64,000 nt of DNA from Centroscyllium fabricii. Its lineage: Eukaryota. Shown one piece after another: positions 48,880 through 62,165 of the stretch (positions are counted from its first letter, which is position 1; each line of letters opens with the position of its first letter). A model generated the notes under the pieces. The model was not told the DNA's origin and did no database searches. It saw nothing but the letters and a program-made list of their open reading frames with translations. A program made the translations under genes and the position numbers. The DNA lies in assembly GCA_051313645.2 (NCBI GenBank), contig JBNRSN020000008.1, positions 247,194,001 to 247,258,000 on the forward strand, written 5' to 3'.

Positions 48880-51800
48880 ATGGTGCAACGAGAAGGGATT
48901 TAAATTCCTGGGGTTTTGGTACCGGATCTGTGGGAGTTTGGACCAATGCAAACTGGATTGTTTGCAAGTGGGCGGGACCGGGACCGATGCCCTGGTGGGA
49001 GTGTTTGGTAGTTCTGTTGTGGAGAGTTTCAACTGAAATCGCAGGGGAATGTGAACCCGTGGAGGGAAAGGGACGCATGGATAGAACAACAAGACAGGAT
49101 GGAGAAAAGCAAAAGTGGAAGGCAGCGATATCAAATGTGTAAATGAAAAAACGGCTACAGTAAGTAATAATTCCAAAATGACTAAGTGTTTTAAAAGAAC
49201 AAGCCCAAAGGCGTTGTGTCTTAATAAAAGGAGCATTCGCAATAAGGTGGAATAATTATCTGCGCAAATAGCTGTAAACGAATCTGATTTTATTGGGATT
49301 ACAGAGACATTGCACCATGGTGACCAAGGCTGGGAATTTCAAATCCTGCGGTATTCAATATTCAGAAAATCCAGGCCAAAATGAAAGAGTGCTCGGGGGA
49401 CATTACAATTTAAAGAGGAGATTAACATAATCTAAAGGAACGATGTTAGCTTTGATGATGTGTAATCTGTATTGGTAAAATTGAGACGTATCAAGGAGCA
49501 GAACACGTTAGTCGGTGGTGTATACAGACCTGCAAACGTTTATGCAGAATTTGGGGACAGCATTAAACGGGAAATTAGAGAGCTGTGGAAGAAGGTTACA
49601 GCAGGTGTAATGGGTGACTTAATCAACATTTAGATTGGGCTAACCAACATAGTTACAATAATGTGGAGGAGGAATTCCGAGAGTGTATACAGATGTTTTC
49701 TTTGACCAATATGTGTAGGAACCAACTAGAGGTCAAGCCATTTTAGACTGGGCATTATGTAATGAGAAAGGATTAATTAGCAATGCTGCTGTGCGAGGCC
49801 CCTTTGGGAGGAGCGATAATAAACTGATAGAATTCCTCATGCGACTCCATTTTACCAATACAGATTACACATCATCAAAGCTAACAACGTTCCTTTAGAT
49901 TATGTTAATCTCCTCTTTAAATTGCTAATTACCCCGAGCACTCTTTCCTTTTGGCCTGGATTTTTTGAATATTGAATACCGCTGGATTTTGAATTCCCAG
50001 CCTTGGTCACCATGGTGCAATCTCTCTGTAATCCCAATAACATCAGATTAGTTTACATCTATTTGCGCAGATAATTCATCCACCTTATTGCGAATGCTCC
50101 TTGTATTAAGACGGTGGATAGGCAATGGCGAACTTTTGAAGATCCCATGAATGAACTATAGAAATTTATCATCTAAGATTGGGATAAAAGAAAACATTGA
50201 CTCAATCGTGGATAAGAAGGGAAATTCGGGATAGCATAATACACAAGGAAAAGCCTTATTCATTGGCTACGAATAGCAGGAAAAGCTGAGGAAGAGGATC
50301 TGTTTAGGATTCAGCAGAGGAGGACAATGCGATTAATTAAGAGGGGTAAAACAGAATATGAGAGAAAGGTTGAAGGGAACATAAAAACTGACTGTAAAAG
50401 CTTCTACAGATATGTGAAGAGAAGAAGACTGGTGAAGTCAAGCGTAGCTCCCTTGCAGTCAGAATCAGGGGAATTTATAATGGGGAGCAATGTAATGGCA
50501 GGCGAATTAATGACATACGTTGGTTCTGTGATCACAAAAGAGGAAACCGGTAAATTTCCGCGGGTGTCGGGGTACATGGGCTCTAATGAGAGGGAGGAAT
50601 TTAATTACATCGGCGTTTGTAAGGAAACCATGTTAAGGGAATAGACGGCACTCAATGCAGATTAGTCCCCAGGGCCTGATTATCTACATCCTAGGGTACT
50701 GAAGGAAGTGGTCTTATAAATAGTAGATGCATTGCTGGTCATCTTACACATTTCTAAAGACTCCTGAATAGGTCCCATGGTTTGGAGGGTAGCCAATATA
50801 ATCCCACAATTTAAAAAAGCTGTCAGAGAGAAAATGGGGAATTATAGACCGTTAAGCCTGACATTAGAAGTTGGAAAAAGGCTAGAGTCCATTATAACAA
50901 TAACAGAGCACTTGGAAAGCAGTGACAGGGTCGGACAGAGTCAACATGGATTTTCAATGGATAAATCATGCTTCACTAATCTACTGGAATTTTTTGAGAA
51001 TGTATCGTGTAGAAGAGATAAGGGAGAACCAGTGGATGTGGTGTATTTGAACATTCAGAAGGCTTTCGATAGGTCCGGCACATGAGACTGGCGTGCAATT
51101 TCAAAGCACATGGGATTGGGGTAAGGTACTCACTTAGATAGAGAACTGGTTGGCAAAAAGGAAGCCACGTGTTGAAATAAACGTGTATTTTATTGCGAGT
51201 GACAGGCAGTGACTAGTTGGGGACCGCAAGGATTATTGTTTCGACCCCAGGCAACAAAAAAGTGGGTGGTCTTGTGTGCTTTAAGACGAATGCAGAGAAC
51301 GTCCAGTATGATTTGGACAGGTTGGATGATTGGGCAGAAGTATGGCCTGTGCAATATAATGTGAATACACGAAGTTTATTGATTTTGGAGGCTAAGCCAT
51401 GAAGATAGATTATTACCTGAAGGGCAGTTGATTGGGAAAAGTTGAAGGGCAACGACACCTGGTTGTCATTGTGCACCAGTTGCTGAAGGATTCCAGTGCA
51501 GGAGCAGGGATCTCTTGTGGCAGTTGTACAGGACCTTGGTGAGGCCACACCTTGACGGTCGTGTGCATTTTGGTCGCCTTATCAGTGGAAAGTTGTACTT
51601 GCCATGGAGGGAGTGCAGATACATTCAACATACTGATACATGGGATGGTAGGAATAACGTATATAGAAAGGTTGTTTCGGAAATACATTAATTCGCTAGA
51701 TTTTAGAAGAATGAGGGGTGATCTCATTGAAAATTATAAAATTCTAACAGGAGAGAATAGATGTAGGAAGGTTGTTCCCGATGGCCGGGGAGTCCAGAAC

Positions 51801-52040
51801 CAGGTGTGACTGGCTGAGAAAAGGGTGCAAGCAATTTAGGACAGAGATGAGGAGGAATTTCTTCACACAGAGAGTTGTGAACATGTGGAACTATCTACCA
51901 AAGATCGCAGTTGACGCCATCTCATTAAATACATTCAAGAAGGAGTTAGCTAAATCATTTAAGGCTGAAGGGATTAAGGGATATGGTTCGAAAGAAGAGA
52001 CAGGGTACTGAAATTGGATGTTCAGCCATGATCGCAGTGA
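48880..52040 (+). mobile_element. CR1 LINE, long degenerate copy (ORF1 end, APE, RT, tail)
   Basis: N.RSIRNK, GITET, VYRP, IKTDCKSFYRYVK, GNYRPLSLT, FRTEMRRNFFTQRVV remnants; many stops. Confidence 0.88.
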
Positions 52041-52074
52041 ATGTTGGAAATGGCTTGCAGAACAACCAAGTCAC

Positions 52075-54440
52075 ACTAACTATTTACTAACTGGCTTATA
52101 CTGGAGTATTGTATATAATTCTAAGCACCGCACGCTATGAATGGTGTCAAGTGGTTCGGAAGGGTACAGAGAGAGTTTCCAAATAAAGTTTGGCATGATG
52201 GCAATCCATTACAGTAGATACATTTGAATTTGGCACAACAGTCCATGTAAATGGCAGAGCCATACGAGGTATTGAGAATACTATGGGATTTAGTAGAGCA
52301 AGGAGAGATGAATTTTCGGATGCAAATTACAAAGCTTTCTCATTATTTATGAAAGGCCCAGAGGGGAGATGAGGTGAAACCATTTGACTCAGAGGGCTGT
52401 TAAGATCTGGAACACATCACGGGAAAGTGCTTTGGAATCAGAATCCACAGCAACTTCCATAAGGTCATTGGAAATGTGCTTGAAGAGCACCAATGTGCAT
52501 GTTTATAGATTAATAGCTCGAGCCTGGGACTAAATATCCTCCCTCTGCACTGTAAGATTGAATGTCTCAAACCAAATAAGGTCCATCGAGATGACATTTT
52601 GTAAACAATTCCAATTATACAAGGCTGGGATCAAATGTGCCTTTGGCTTAAATAAAAAACACAATTAAAAGATGCTCAGATACACAAACGGTGCATTATG
52701 TGACTGAGTGAAACCAAAGCCAAAGGAAAGCACCTGGGTGGACTCTGTGTGCAAATATTGAGAAACTTTACAGATCTCCACATGCGACCATACGAGGAAA
52801 CACAATGGCAAGGCTCTAGTGGAAACTGCATTGTGGAAGGGAGGGAGGCTATAACATTACGAAATGAGATTGAAAACATTGAGTTTTCCCGACAGATTGT
52901 GAGCACCAAACGCAGCTGCGGCACTACTTTTTTGAAGGACATTAGTCTCCGCCCACTGTGCAGATCAATAACCCCGTGAAATGCTCAGCTCCAGCTGACT
53001 GAATGAGGTCCTGGAATTTCATTAAATTCTGCGATCTGAAAGCCGCCTGAATTAGTCATCAGAGAGGTTTAGTTGTGCAGACAATACTCACGAGCACAAT
53101 GATATTAAACATCACCTCAAATTGAGACGCAAGATGGAAAAGAGAATGAAAAATAACCAAGCAAAGGGAAACTGTTCAGTAATGCAGAAAACATTAGCAG
53201 CAGTTAGGTGTGAAAACGGAAGGCTGCGGTTTTAAATCGAAGCAGCTTCAGTTTAATGAAAGAGGAATTAAGCTGCTCACTGAATGAACAGTGTCTCAGA
53301 GCCAACGTCAGAGTTGAAATATATTTACAGCATTATAGAGTGACTGTATTAAAATAATTGTCATCCAGTTCCTCTGGAATTACACTCCAATATCCCCCCC
53401 ATCTCCGCGCATTATCTGTTCAAGTTTGAGTGCAGACACTGAGTGCGTTGCTTGACCTGAGAACAGCAGTGGTGAGTCCGTCAGAACGTAACCACCCTAC
53501 CGCGCATGCTCGCTCCCCAGCAGACAGCAGATATCAAAGAGCAACATCACGTCATTTGTCCGAGGATTCCTTCAGTTTCCTCGGAGCACTGAACTGAATG
53601 GTAGCACCAGGATCTCTCCTTGTTGGAGATAAAGGAACTCAGCAAGGAGCGGATGTGGATCATTGAGTCTTACTTTAATGTATTTCTCAGCTCTGCACTG
53701 CAGGCTCTAACTGAGCTATCGGGGGACCAATATGCTCCACTATTCCCTTGATAAAAAACACTATTCACCAAATCCAGCCCAGTAACACATTTAACAGTGC
53801 ATTATCAAACCAAGGGATGATCATTGAGTTCAACTTATCCATACGGTAGTTTAGGAGACAATTCTTCATACAGAGAGTGGACACAATGTGGAGAATGGGA
53901 CCACACGGTGTAGCTGCGGAGAATAGCATTGAGTTATTTAAGGTGATATTGTTGGTAACATGAGGGAGAATGAATAGGGGGTTATGCTGATACTTTCATC
54001 TGAATTAAATTGGGAGCAGGCTGGAGTGGATGATAATCAACGGCAGAGACCTGTTGGGGGCAAATGTCCTTGTCTCCCTGTTGCTACATTCATGTAATTC
54101 TATTTAATTTCATGCTGAATTTCACAATGACAGCAAATGCTGTAAGCGGAAGCCTGTGGTCTCAGCTCTGAAGCGATTCCTCTCTGATAGGGAGTAATTT
54201 AACCCCTGTCAGTAAGAACAATACATCAGAACCAAGAATGTGTATAAACACATTGAAATAAATACATGGTGCCATTCCTTCTTATACTCTTTCAGCCGAA
54301 TAGTTAATTAATTCTTGGATAAAGCACCACCATGTGTGGTGTAGTAGCAGTCTGAAACTCCATACTGTCATTTATTAATACAACTCAATTCAAGTTATTA
54401 AAATAAAAAGGTTATGTCATATTCCCATTGCATCCTCTAA
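52075..54440. repeat. Segmental duplication unit containing module copy 3; paralog at ~59860-62165 contains copy 4
   Basis: Long collinear matches, e.g. aatttcatgctgaatttcacaatgacagcaaatgctgtaag at ~54106 and ~61871, and agtctccgcccactgt at ~52943 and ~60743. Confidence 0.88.
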
Positions 54441-54859
54441 ACATTAAGCCGGGATGTTTTTTGGGATATTAGACAATCAGTATGGTCTATATCGATGGAA
54501 ACTGTCGGGAGAAATAATGCTTTGCAAGGGAATTACAGAAACTGAAGCGACTGATAATTCAAACTTTCAGCTTAATTATGTTCTGAAAGAATGTTAGATG
54601 GTCAACTATTCACGAAAAGTGACGTCAAGGAAAAGTTGGTGAATTTCAAAGGCAAACTAAACAGGAGAAGAGCACGTGTGGGGATAGGAGAGAGATTAGG
54701 GACGGACCCAGTATCAGAGCTCAGAGAGGGCAGAGCCTCAGAGGAGTTTGAACATTGTGACCAGGGGAACTATCTGATGTCGCTTCTAAACTGATGGAGA
54801 TATTTTTAGCAATTTCGCTTTAGTAGAGAGACGGGAGAAGCTGTGATGGCTCTCATTGA

Positions 54860-56140
54860 AACAAAGAAAATTACAGCACGGAACGAGTCCATTTCGTCCC
54901 ATCATATATCCGCTGGTCATCAAAGAGCTATCCAGCCTAATCACATTTCCCAGCTCTTGGTCCGTAGCCCTGCCGGTTACAGCATCCGAAGTCCGCATCC
55001 AAGTTAATTTTAAATATGATTAGGGTTCCTGCCACAATCACCCTTTCAGGCAGTGAGTACCAGTCACTCGCAACCCTCTGAGTGAAGCGTATTCCACACA
55101 AATGGCCTCTAAATCTTCTCATAATGACTTTAAAACTGTGCCTCCGTCTTTTTGACCTCTCTGCTGAGGGAAATACGTCCTTTCTATCCACTTTATCTAG
55201 GCCCCCCATAATTTGTGCATCTCAATATGGTCTGCCCTCAACCTCCACTGTATCATTGCAAAACATAGACAGCCTATTCCGTCTTGAATAAAGCTAAACT
55301 ATTCTTATCCCGGCAACATCCTTGTAACTCTGCTCTGTGCACCGTATAGTGCAACCACACCTTTCCTGAAATATTGTGACCAGAACTGCACGCAGTACTC
55401 TAGCTGAGGCCTACTAGTGTGTTATACAGTTGAAGCTTAACCCCCTGCGATTGCATTCAACACAACAGCTATTATGTTGCAGCTTTCCGTATGTCTTCTT
55501 AACCACCTTATCTACTTGGCCTGCTACCTTCAGGGATCTGTGGACATGAACTCCACGGTCCATTTGCTCCTCTGCACTCCTCAGGGTCCCAACATTTAAT
55601 GAAAATTCCTTTTCATTTTTAGCTCTCCCTAAGTGCATTGCCTCACACTTCTCCAGATTGAATTTCATTTGCCAATGTTCTGTCCACCTGAACAATTTAC
55701 TGATATCTTCCTGCAGTCCAGAAATTAATTCTTCAGTAAATACCACACAGCCGATTATAGTATCATCTGCAAACTTCATTATTATGCCCCTATATTCAAA
55801 TCAAGAGCATTGAGATATACAACAGAAAGCAAGGGACCTAATACTGAGAGTTGCGGATCCCCACTGGAAAAAAGCCTTCATGTCACAAAAACAACCATCA
55901 ACCGTGACGCTCTGCTTCCTGTCTCCCAAACAGTTTTGAATCCAACGTGACACTTTGCCCTGGATCTCATGGGCTTTTAACTTGGTGACCAGTCTGACAT
56001 GTGTAAGTTTATCAAAATCCTTCGGAAATGTCATGTACACTACATCAAAAACACTACCCTCATTTACCCTCCTTGTTACCTCTTGAAAAAATCCAATAAA
56101 ATTTGTCAGATAAATTCGTGCTGACTATCATTGATTATCC
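54860..56140 (-). mobile_element. Degenerate CR1 RT fragment
   Basis: ORFs KFADDTIIG, WQMKFNLEKCEAMHLGR, FTQRVASDWYSLP. Confidence 0.85.
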
Positions 56141-56254
56141 ATGTCCTTCTAAATGAAGATGAAAGCTGTAAATCCGCTGTGACAGTTCCAATTACAGGTG
56201 CACTAACAGACTGATTCTCAGAAATTCAATTATTAATAAAATTTAATTGAAGAA

Positions 56255-56850
56255 ACTTAACGCAATTCTATAGGGCATTGGTGAGACCAAACCTGGAGTA
56301 TTGTGTACAGTTTTGTCCTCCATACATAAGGAAGGATAAAATTGCCATAGATGGAGTGCAATAATGATTAAACAGACTGATTCCTGGGAGAGGGGATTGT
56401 CACATGAGCAGAGATTAAATAGAGAAGACCGATATTCTCCCGAGTTTAGAAGATTGAGAGAGGATCACAGAGAAACAAACATCAGTTTTAAAAGGGGTAT
56501 ACAGGGATGATGCAGGAAGGATGATTCCCCGGGTTGGAGCCTCTAGAACCAGGGGCCATAATCTCAGAATAAGGAGTTGGACATTCAGGACTGAAATGAG
56601 GAGAAATATTTTCACTCTGAGTTTGGTGAATCGTTGGAATTTCTTACCCTAGATTGTTAGTAAGGCTCAGTAGTTAAGTATATTCAACACGAACATCGAT
56701 ATAATTTAGGATATTAAAGCGAATCTAGGGGTATGGGGATAATGCGGGAAAGTGCAGTTGAGGTCCAAGATCAGGCATGAGCTTATAAAATGGCGGATCA
56801 GACTGGAAGGGCAGGATGTTCTACTCATGCTCCTATTTCCTATGTTCTTA
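56255..56850 (+). mobile_element. Degenerate CR1 3' fragment
   Basis: YRALVRPNLEYCVQF and FRTEMRRNIFT remnants with tail. Confidence 0.8.
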
Positions 56851-57679
56851 TTTTCCTAAAATACAAAGAGAGAAAATATTCCACTTTACATCCTGTAAAA
56901 TATGAATTTAGGATAATTATTGAAAAACACAATGGAAGAAATGGAAGGAAACAAAACCGCCTCCTAACCCTGTATTGTGCTGCAAATGTAACTGCGCATT
57001 GAATTCAATCAGTTTGTTTTTGAATCCAAATATTTTATTCTTATTAAACGACTTTGAAACAGCAATAATTAAATCCCATCTGGACGTGATTGTAATCCAT
57101 CTGCTTTACATTCAGAATTTATTTCATCTGAAAAGGAAACCATTTGGAGCACGGTTGGAAATGTCGTAAGCGTGACATTGTTGTAAGCAGTGAGTGGGAT
57201 AGCTGCAGACTTCCAGGGAACAGGGAGAGACTCGAGAAATGGGCAAGTAAATTACAGCTTACATTTAATGTAGCGAAATATAACGTGATGGAATGTGGCA
57301 AACGAATGAGGAGAGAACGTGCATAGGAAATTATTAAATTCGATAGGGCGTTCAGGAACAGAGTGCACATAAACAAGACTTTAAATTTTACCAGGAGAAG
57401 TTGGTCAATGTATTAAACATCCTTTAAGATATTTGGCTTTAATAGTAGAAACAAAAGTACGAATGGAATGAGGTTTGTGAAACCTTTATAAATCGCATGT
57501 AATTTCTCAGAAGGATCACTGTGTCCAATTCTGGCCACCAAAATTTATGAATGATTTCATTTCCATTGTAAACGGTGAACAGCATGTTTACCCGAATGCT
57601 AGGGCTATTGACAGTATTCAGATAGGCAGAGAAACGTATGAAGCTGTGTTTGTTCATTTTATGGGGGACATGTTTTAGA

Positions 57680-58445
57680 GAACATTAACCAGTATGGTCC
57701 AGGGATGATGGACTTCAGTTTTGTGGCGAGCCTGGTGAAGCTGATATATTTGAACTTAGGGCAGAGGAGGTTAAGGGAAGATTTATCAGAATGGTACCAG
57801 GGAAGATGGACTTCAGTTATGTGGAGAGGCTGGTGAAGCTGGGGTTTTTCAACTTATGGCATAGAAGGTTCATGGAAGATTTATCAGAATGGTAGCAGGA
57901 AAGATGGACTTCAGTGAAGTGGAGAGGCTGGAGAAGCTGGGGTTTTTCAACTTATGGCATAGAAGGTTCATGGAAGATTTATCAGAATGGTAGCAGGGAA
58001 GATGGACCTCAGTGAAGTGGAGAGGCTGGTGAAGCTAGGGTTTTTCAACTTATGGCATAGAAGGTTCATGGAAGATTTATCAGAATGGTAGCAGGGAAGA
58101 TGGACCTCAGTGAAGTGGAGAGGCTGGTGAAGCTGGGGTTTAACAATTTATGGCAGAGGAGGTTCATGGAAGATTTATCAGAATGGTAGCAGGGAAGATG
58201 GACTTCAGTTAAGTGGAGAGCCTGAAGGACCTGGGATTTTTCAACTTATCGCAGAGAAGGTAAAGGGAAGATTGATCAGAATGGTACCACGGATGACGGA
58301 CTTCAATTATGTGGAGAGTCTGGCGAAGCTGGGTGATTTCATCTTATGGCAGAGAAGTTTAAGTGAAGATTTACCAGAATGGTAGCAGGGATGATGGACT
58401 TCAGTGAAGTGGAGTGGTTTTAGAAGCTGGGAATATTCTCCTTTG
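57680..58445 (+). repeat. 98-bp minisatellite (~8 copies) derived from the CR1 ORF2 C-terminus
   Basis: GAAGATT recurs at 57777, 57875, 57973, 58071, 58169, 58267 and 58365. Confidence 0.92.
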
Positions 58446-61400
58446 TAGAAACCAAGCATTTGCCCTTACGGAGTAAAAATGTGGATTCCAAAATTAGACC
58501 GCCTGAATGAGAAACAGAATTGAAGTTAATTTAAACAGGGAATGGGAGAATGATGACAAATGTCAATTGCAGAATACAGCTGAACACCAGGTAGAATAAG
58601 GAGACTGATGGCAGACATTTCAATTAACGATATAAGAATGGCAAAGGGAGCGTATGAAAACAGATCAGCGGGTAGCATACAAGTTTTACAAACATTGATG
58701 GAACGGTGGGGCCAATTAATGTTAAAACAGGAAATATACTTGTGGAGGCAGAGAGCATGACAGAGGTGATGAATAATTAGTTTGCACCTCGCTTCACATT
58801 GGAGGAGAATGAAGTTAATGTTGCATTAGAAATACTGGATAGGATTAAATAGATAGCAAGGATGTGTAAAATAAGTTGGCGTTAATTACATTAACAAGTC
58901 ACCCTATCCAGATCGGCTGTAACCTACATTGCTGAGGGAATTGATGGAGGAGATAGTTGACGTTCTGACCACAATCTTCCAAAACTGATTGGAAATGGGA
59001 ATCGTGCCAGAGTATTGTGTCATTGCAAATGTCGCCTGTCTGTTCAAAAAATTGGAGAGCGATATAACCGTTAACGGCAGGATAACCGGTCCACATTCTG
59101 TGTTGGGACAATTATGCAGATCATTCTAAAGGACAATTTTAATTCTCAGTTGCAGAAGCATGATTGAATATGGGACACTCTGCTTGACATTGTTCAAGAG
59201 AACTCACGTTTGACTAATATGATTGAGGTTCTTAATGAAATATCAAATAGGTCGTTTAGCCGATTTTGTGTATTTGCACTTCAATTAATATCACATAACC
59301 TACTCACTCGAAATGTAGAAGTACATGACAGTATGGGCAGGATGGTAAATTGAGTATTTAATTGTCTAAGCAATAAGAGGGAGAGAGTATTAGTGAACGG
59401 ATGTTTTACTGATGGTGTGAAAATATAAAGTGGTTTCCCCAGGAGTCGGCAGTGCGACCATTGGGTATCAACTTATACATAATTTAGTTGGGCTTGGGTG
59501 CAATGGGTAACATTTCGAATATTGCCTTTGATGCAAAATTGAGCAACATTTTAAATACTGATCTGGATAGCAGCAGACTTCGGGGGGATATAATGAGAGG
59601 GGTGAAATGAGCAGACATTTGCAAGATGCAATTTACTGTCGCTAACAGGGCAGTGAAGCACATTGGAAGAAATAACATGGCGAGGAATTATAATATAAAT
59701 TAAACTATTTTCAAGGGGTAAATTAGCAAATGTGTATGGGGGAACATACTCATAAATCATTGAAGGTGGTAGGACAAGTAGTTAAGGCCACTTAGACCGT
59801 GTATGGGATAATTGGCTTTGATAAAATGAGGCGCTGAATAGAAAAACAAGCAAGTCATGCTAACTATTTAAAAAATGGTCTCAACTGTAGTATTGGATAT
59901 AATTTTCAGCAGCGCACTTTCGGAATAATGCCACGTGCTTCGGGAGGGCAAGAGAAAAATTCCAGGAGAGTTGTAGGCATGAGTGCCGCCCATTGCATAA
60001 ACTGGAATTGTTCTCCTAACAGAATATTTTAATGGGAGACTCAATAGAGGTATTGGCAATAATACCGGTTTTTATAGAGCATGCAGCGATAAACCGTCGG
60101 CAAGCAAAGTTCAAAGATTTCACATAATTTGATAAAGGCCCAGAGGGTAGATGAGGTTTAATTATTTGGCACAGAGGGTTGTTAAGATCTGGAACACACC
60201 AACAGAAAGCCTGGTGGAATCAGATTCCAGAGGAACTTTCATAAGACAATTGGACATGTCTTTGATAAAATTAATTTCCCTGGTGATGGGTTTGAAGCTC
60301 GAGCCTGGGACGAAATGTATTTCTTCTGCTCTGTAAGATTCAATGAGTCGAACTAAATGAGTTCCACCGAGACGACAATGTGCAAACAATTCCAATAATC
60401 CATTGCCAGGATTAAGATGTTTATTTTCCTTAAATAAACAAAACACCACTATGTGATGCCCAGATCCAAAAATGATTCTTTTTGTGACTGAGCGAAACCA
60501 TCATTGAAAGACAAAAAAAATCACCTGGCTGAAGTCTGTGTTCAAATACTGAGTATCTTTGAAGATCTCCACATGCAAACAAAACACGAAACAGAATGGC
60601 AAGGCTGTCGTGGAAACTCCATTATGGAATAGATGGAGTCAGGAACGGTAGGAAGTGAGTATGAATAAAATGGAATTAATAGATAACCTCTATATTCTGA
60701 GCACCAAATGCAGCTGCAGTCCTGCGTAGGTTGAAGGACATCAGTCTCCGCCCACTGTTCAGATCTGCATCTGAGTGATATCCTCAGCTCTCGCTGACTG
60801 AATGAGGAAGTGGAATTAAAATATACTCCTTTGACTGAAAGTTGCCTGAGTTATTCTCCAGAAAGCTTTTCTTGTACAGAGTGTACAATGCGGCTCAATT
60901 ATATCAAAAAACACTCTAAGCTGAGATGCAAGATGCAAAAGAGAATGAAAAATAAGCAAATAAATGGAAAATGGTCAGTAGCAGCAGTTCGGTGTTAAAC
61001 CGGAAGGCTGCGGTTTCAAACTCGAAGGAGTTACAGTTCAAAGAAAGAGGAACTAAGCTGCTCACATAATGAACAGTATCTCAGAATCAGCGAAACAAGT
61101 AAAAAATATTTATGATAATATACAGTGGCTTTATTAAAAACGCTCCCATTCAGTTTATGTCTCGAAAGCTCCAATGCCCCCGGCATTATCTGTTTATGTT
61201 TGAGTGCAGACACTGAGCAGATTGCTAGACCTGACGTCAGCAGTAGTGAGCCCGGCAGAACTTCACCCTCCTACCGCGCATGCTCGCTCTCCAGCAGGCA
61301 GCAGATATCAAAGTGTTGCACGACGACATTAGGCCGAGGCTTGCTTCAGTGTCCTCTGAGCACTGACCTGAATGGCAGCGCCAATGCAAACCTTGATGGA

Positions 61401-62165
61401 GATCAGGGGACTCAGAAAGGAGCGGATGTCGATCATTGGGTCTTTCTTTGATGTATTTCTTAGCTCTGCAATGCAGGCTCTATCTGAGCTATCGGTGGCC
61501 GATATGCGCCACTATTCTACTGATAAAAAAACATTATTCACCAAATGCAGTCAAGTAACAAATTTAACAGTGCTTTATCATACCAAGGGATGATCATTTC
61601 GTTCCAATATGAATTTAGGAGACCATTCTTCACCCTGAGAGTGTACACAATGTGGAAAATGGGACCAAATGGTGTCTTTACAGAGAATAGCACAGATACA
61701 TTTAAGGTGGTACTAATTGGCAACATGAGGCAGAAAGAATAGGGCGTTATGCTCATACCGTCATCTGAATTACATTGGGGGCAGTTTGGAGTGGGATTTA
61801 ATCAAAGGCACAGTCCTGTTAGGGCCGAATGGCCTTGTCTCTCAGCCGCTATTTTCATGTAATTCTGTTTAATTTCATGCTGAATTTCACAATGACAGCA
61901 AATGCTGTAAGTGGAAGCCTGTGGTTTCAGCTCTGAAGCGCTTCACCTAGGATAGGGAGGAATTTAACCCCTGACAGTAAGAACAAGAATGTGTATAAAC
62001 ACATTGAAACAAATACATTGTGCCATTCCTTCTTATAATCTTTCAGCCGATAACTTAGTTAATTCCTGGTTACAGCTCCAACATGAGTGGGGCAGTAGCA
62101 GACTGAAACTCGTTGATGATATTTATTAGTACAATTCAATTCAATTATTAATTAAAATATTATGT

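Noticed and set aside
52801-52830. RSS-like CACAATG plus 12-nt spacer in the repeated module
   Set aside because: Poor nonamer, and the heptamer is not conserved in the other module copies.
53640-53730. tRNA-like start on the minus strand (CCGATAGCTCAGTTAGAGC), also near 61480-61500
   Set aside because: Only an A-box-like stretch; no B box or cloverleaf could be built.
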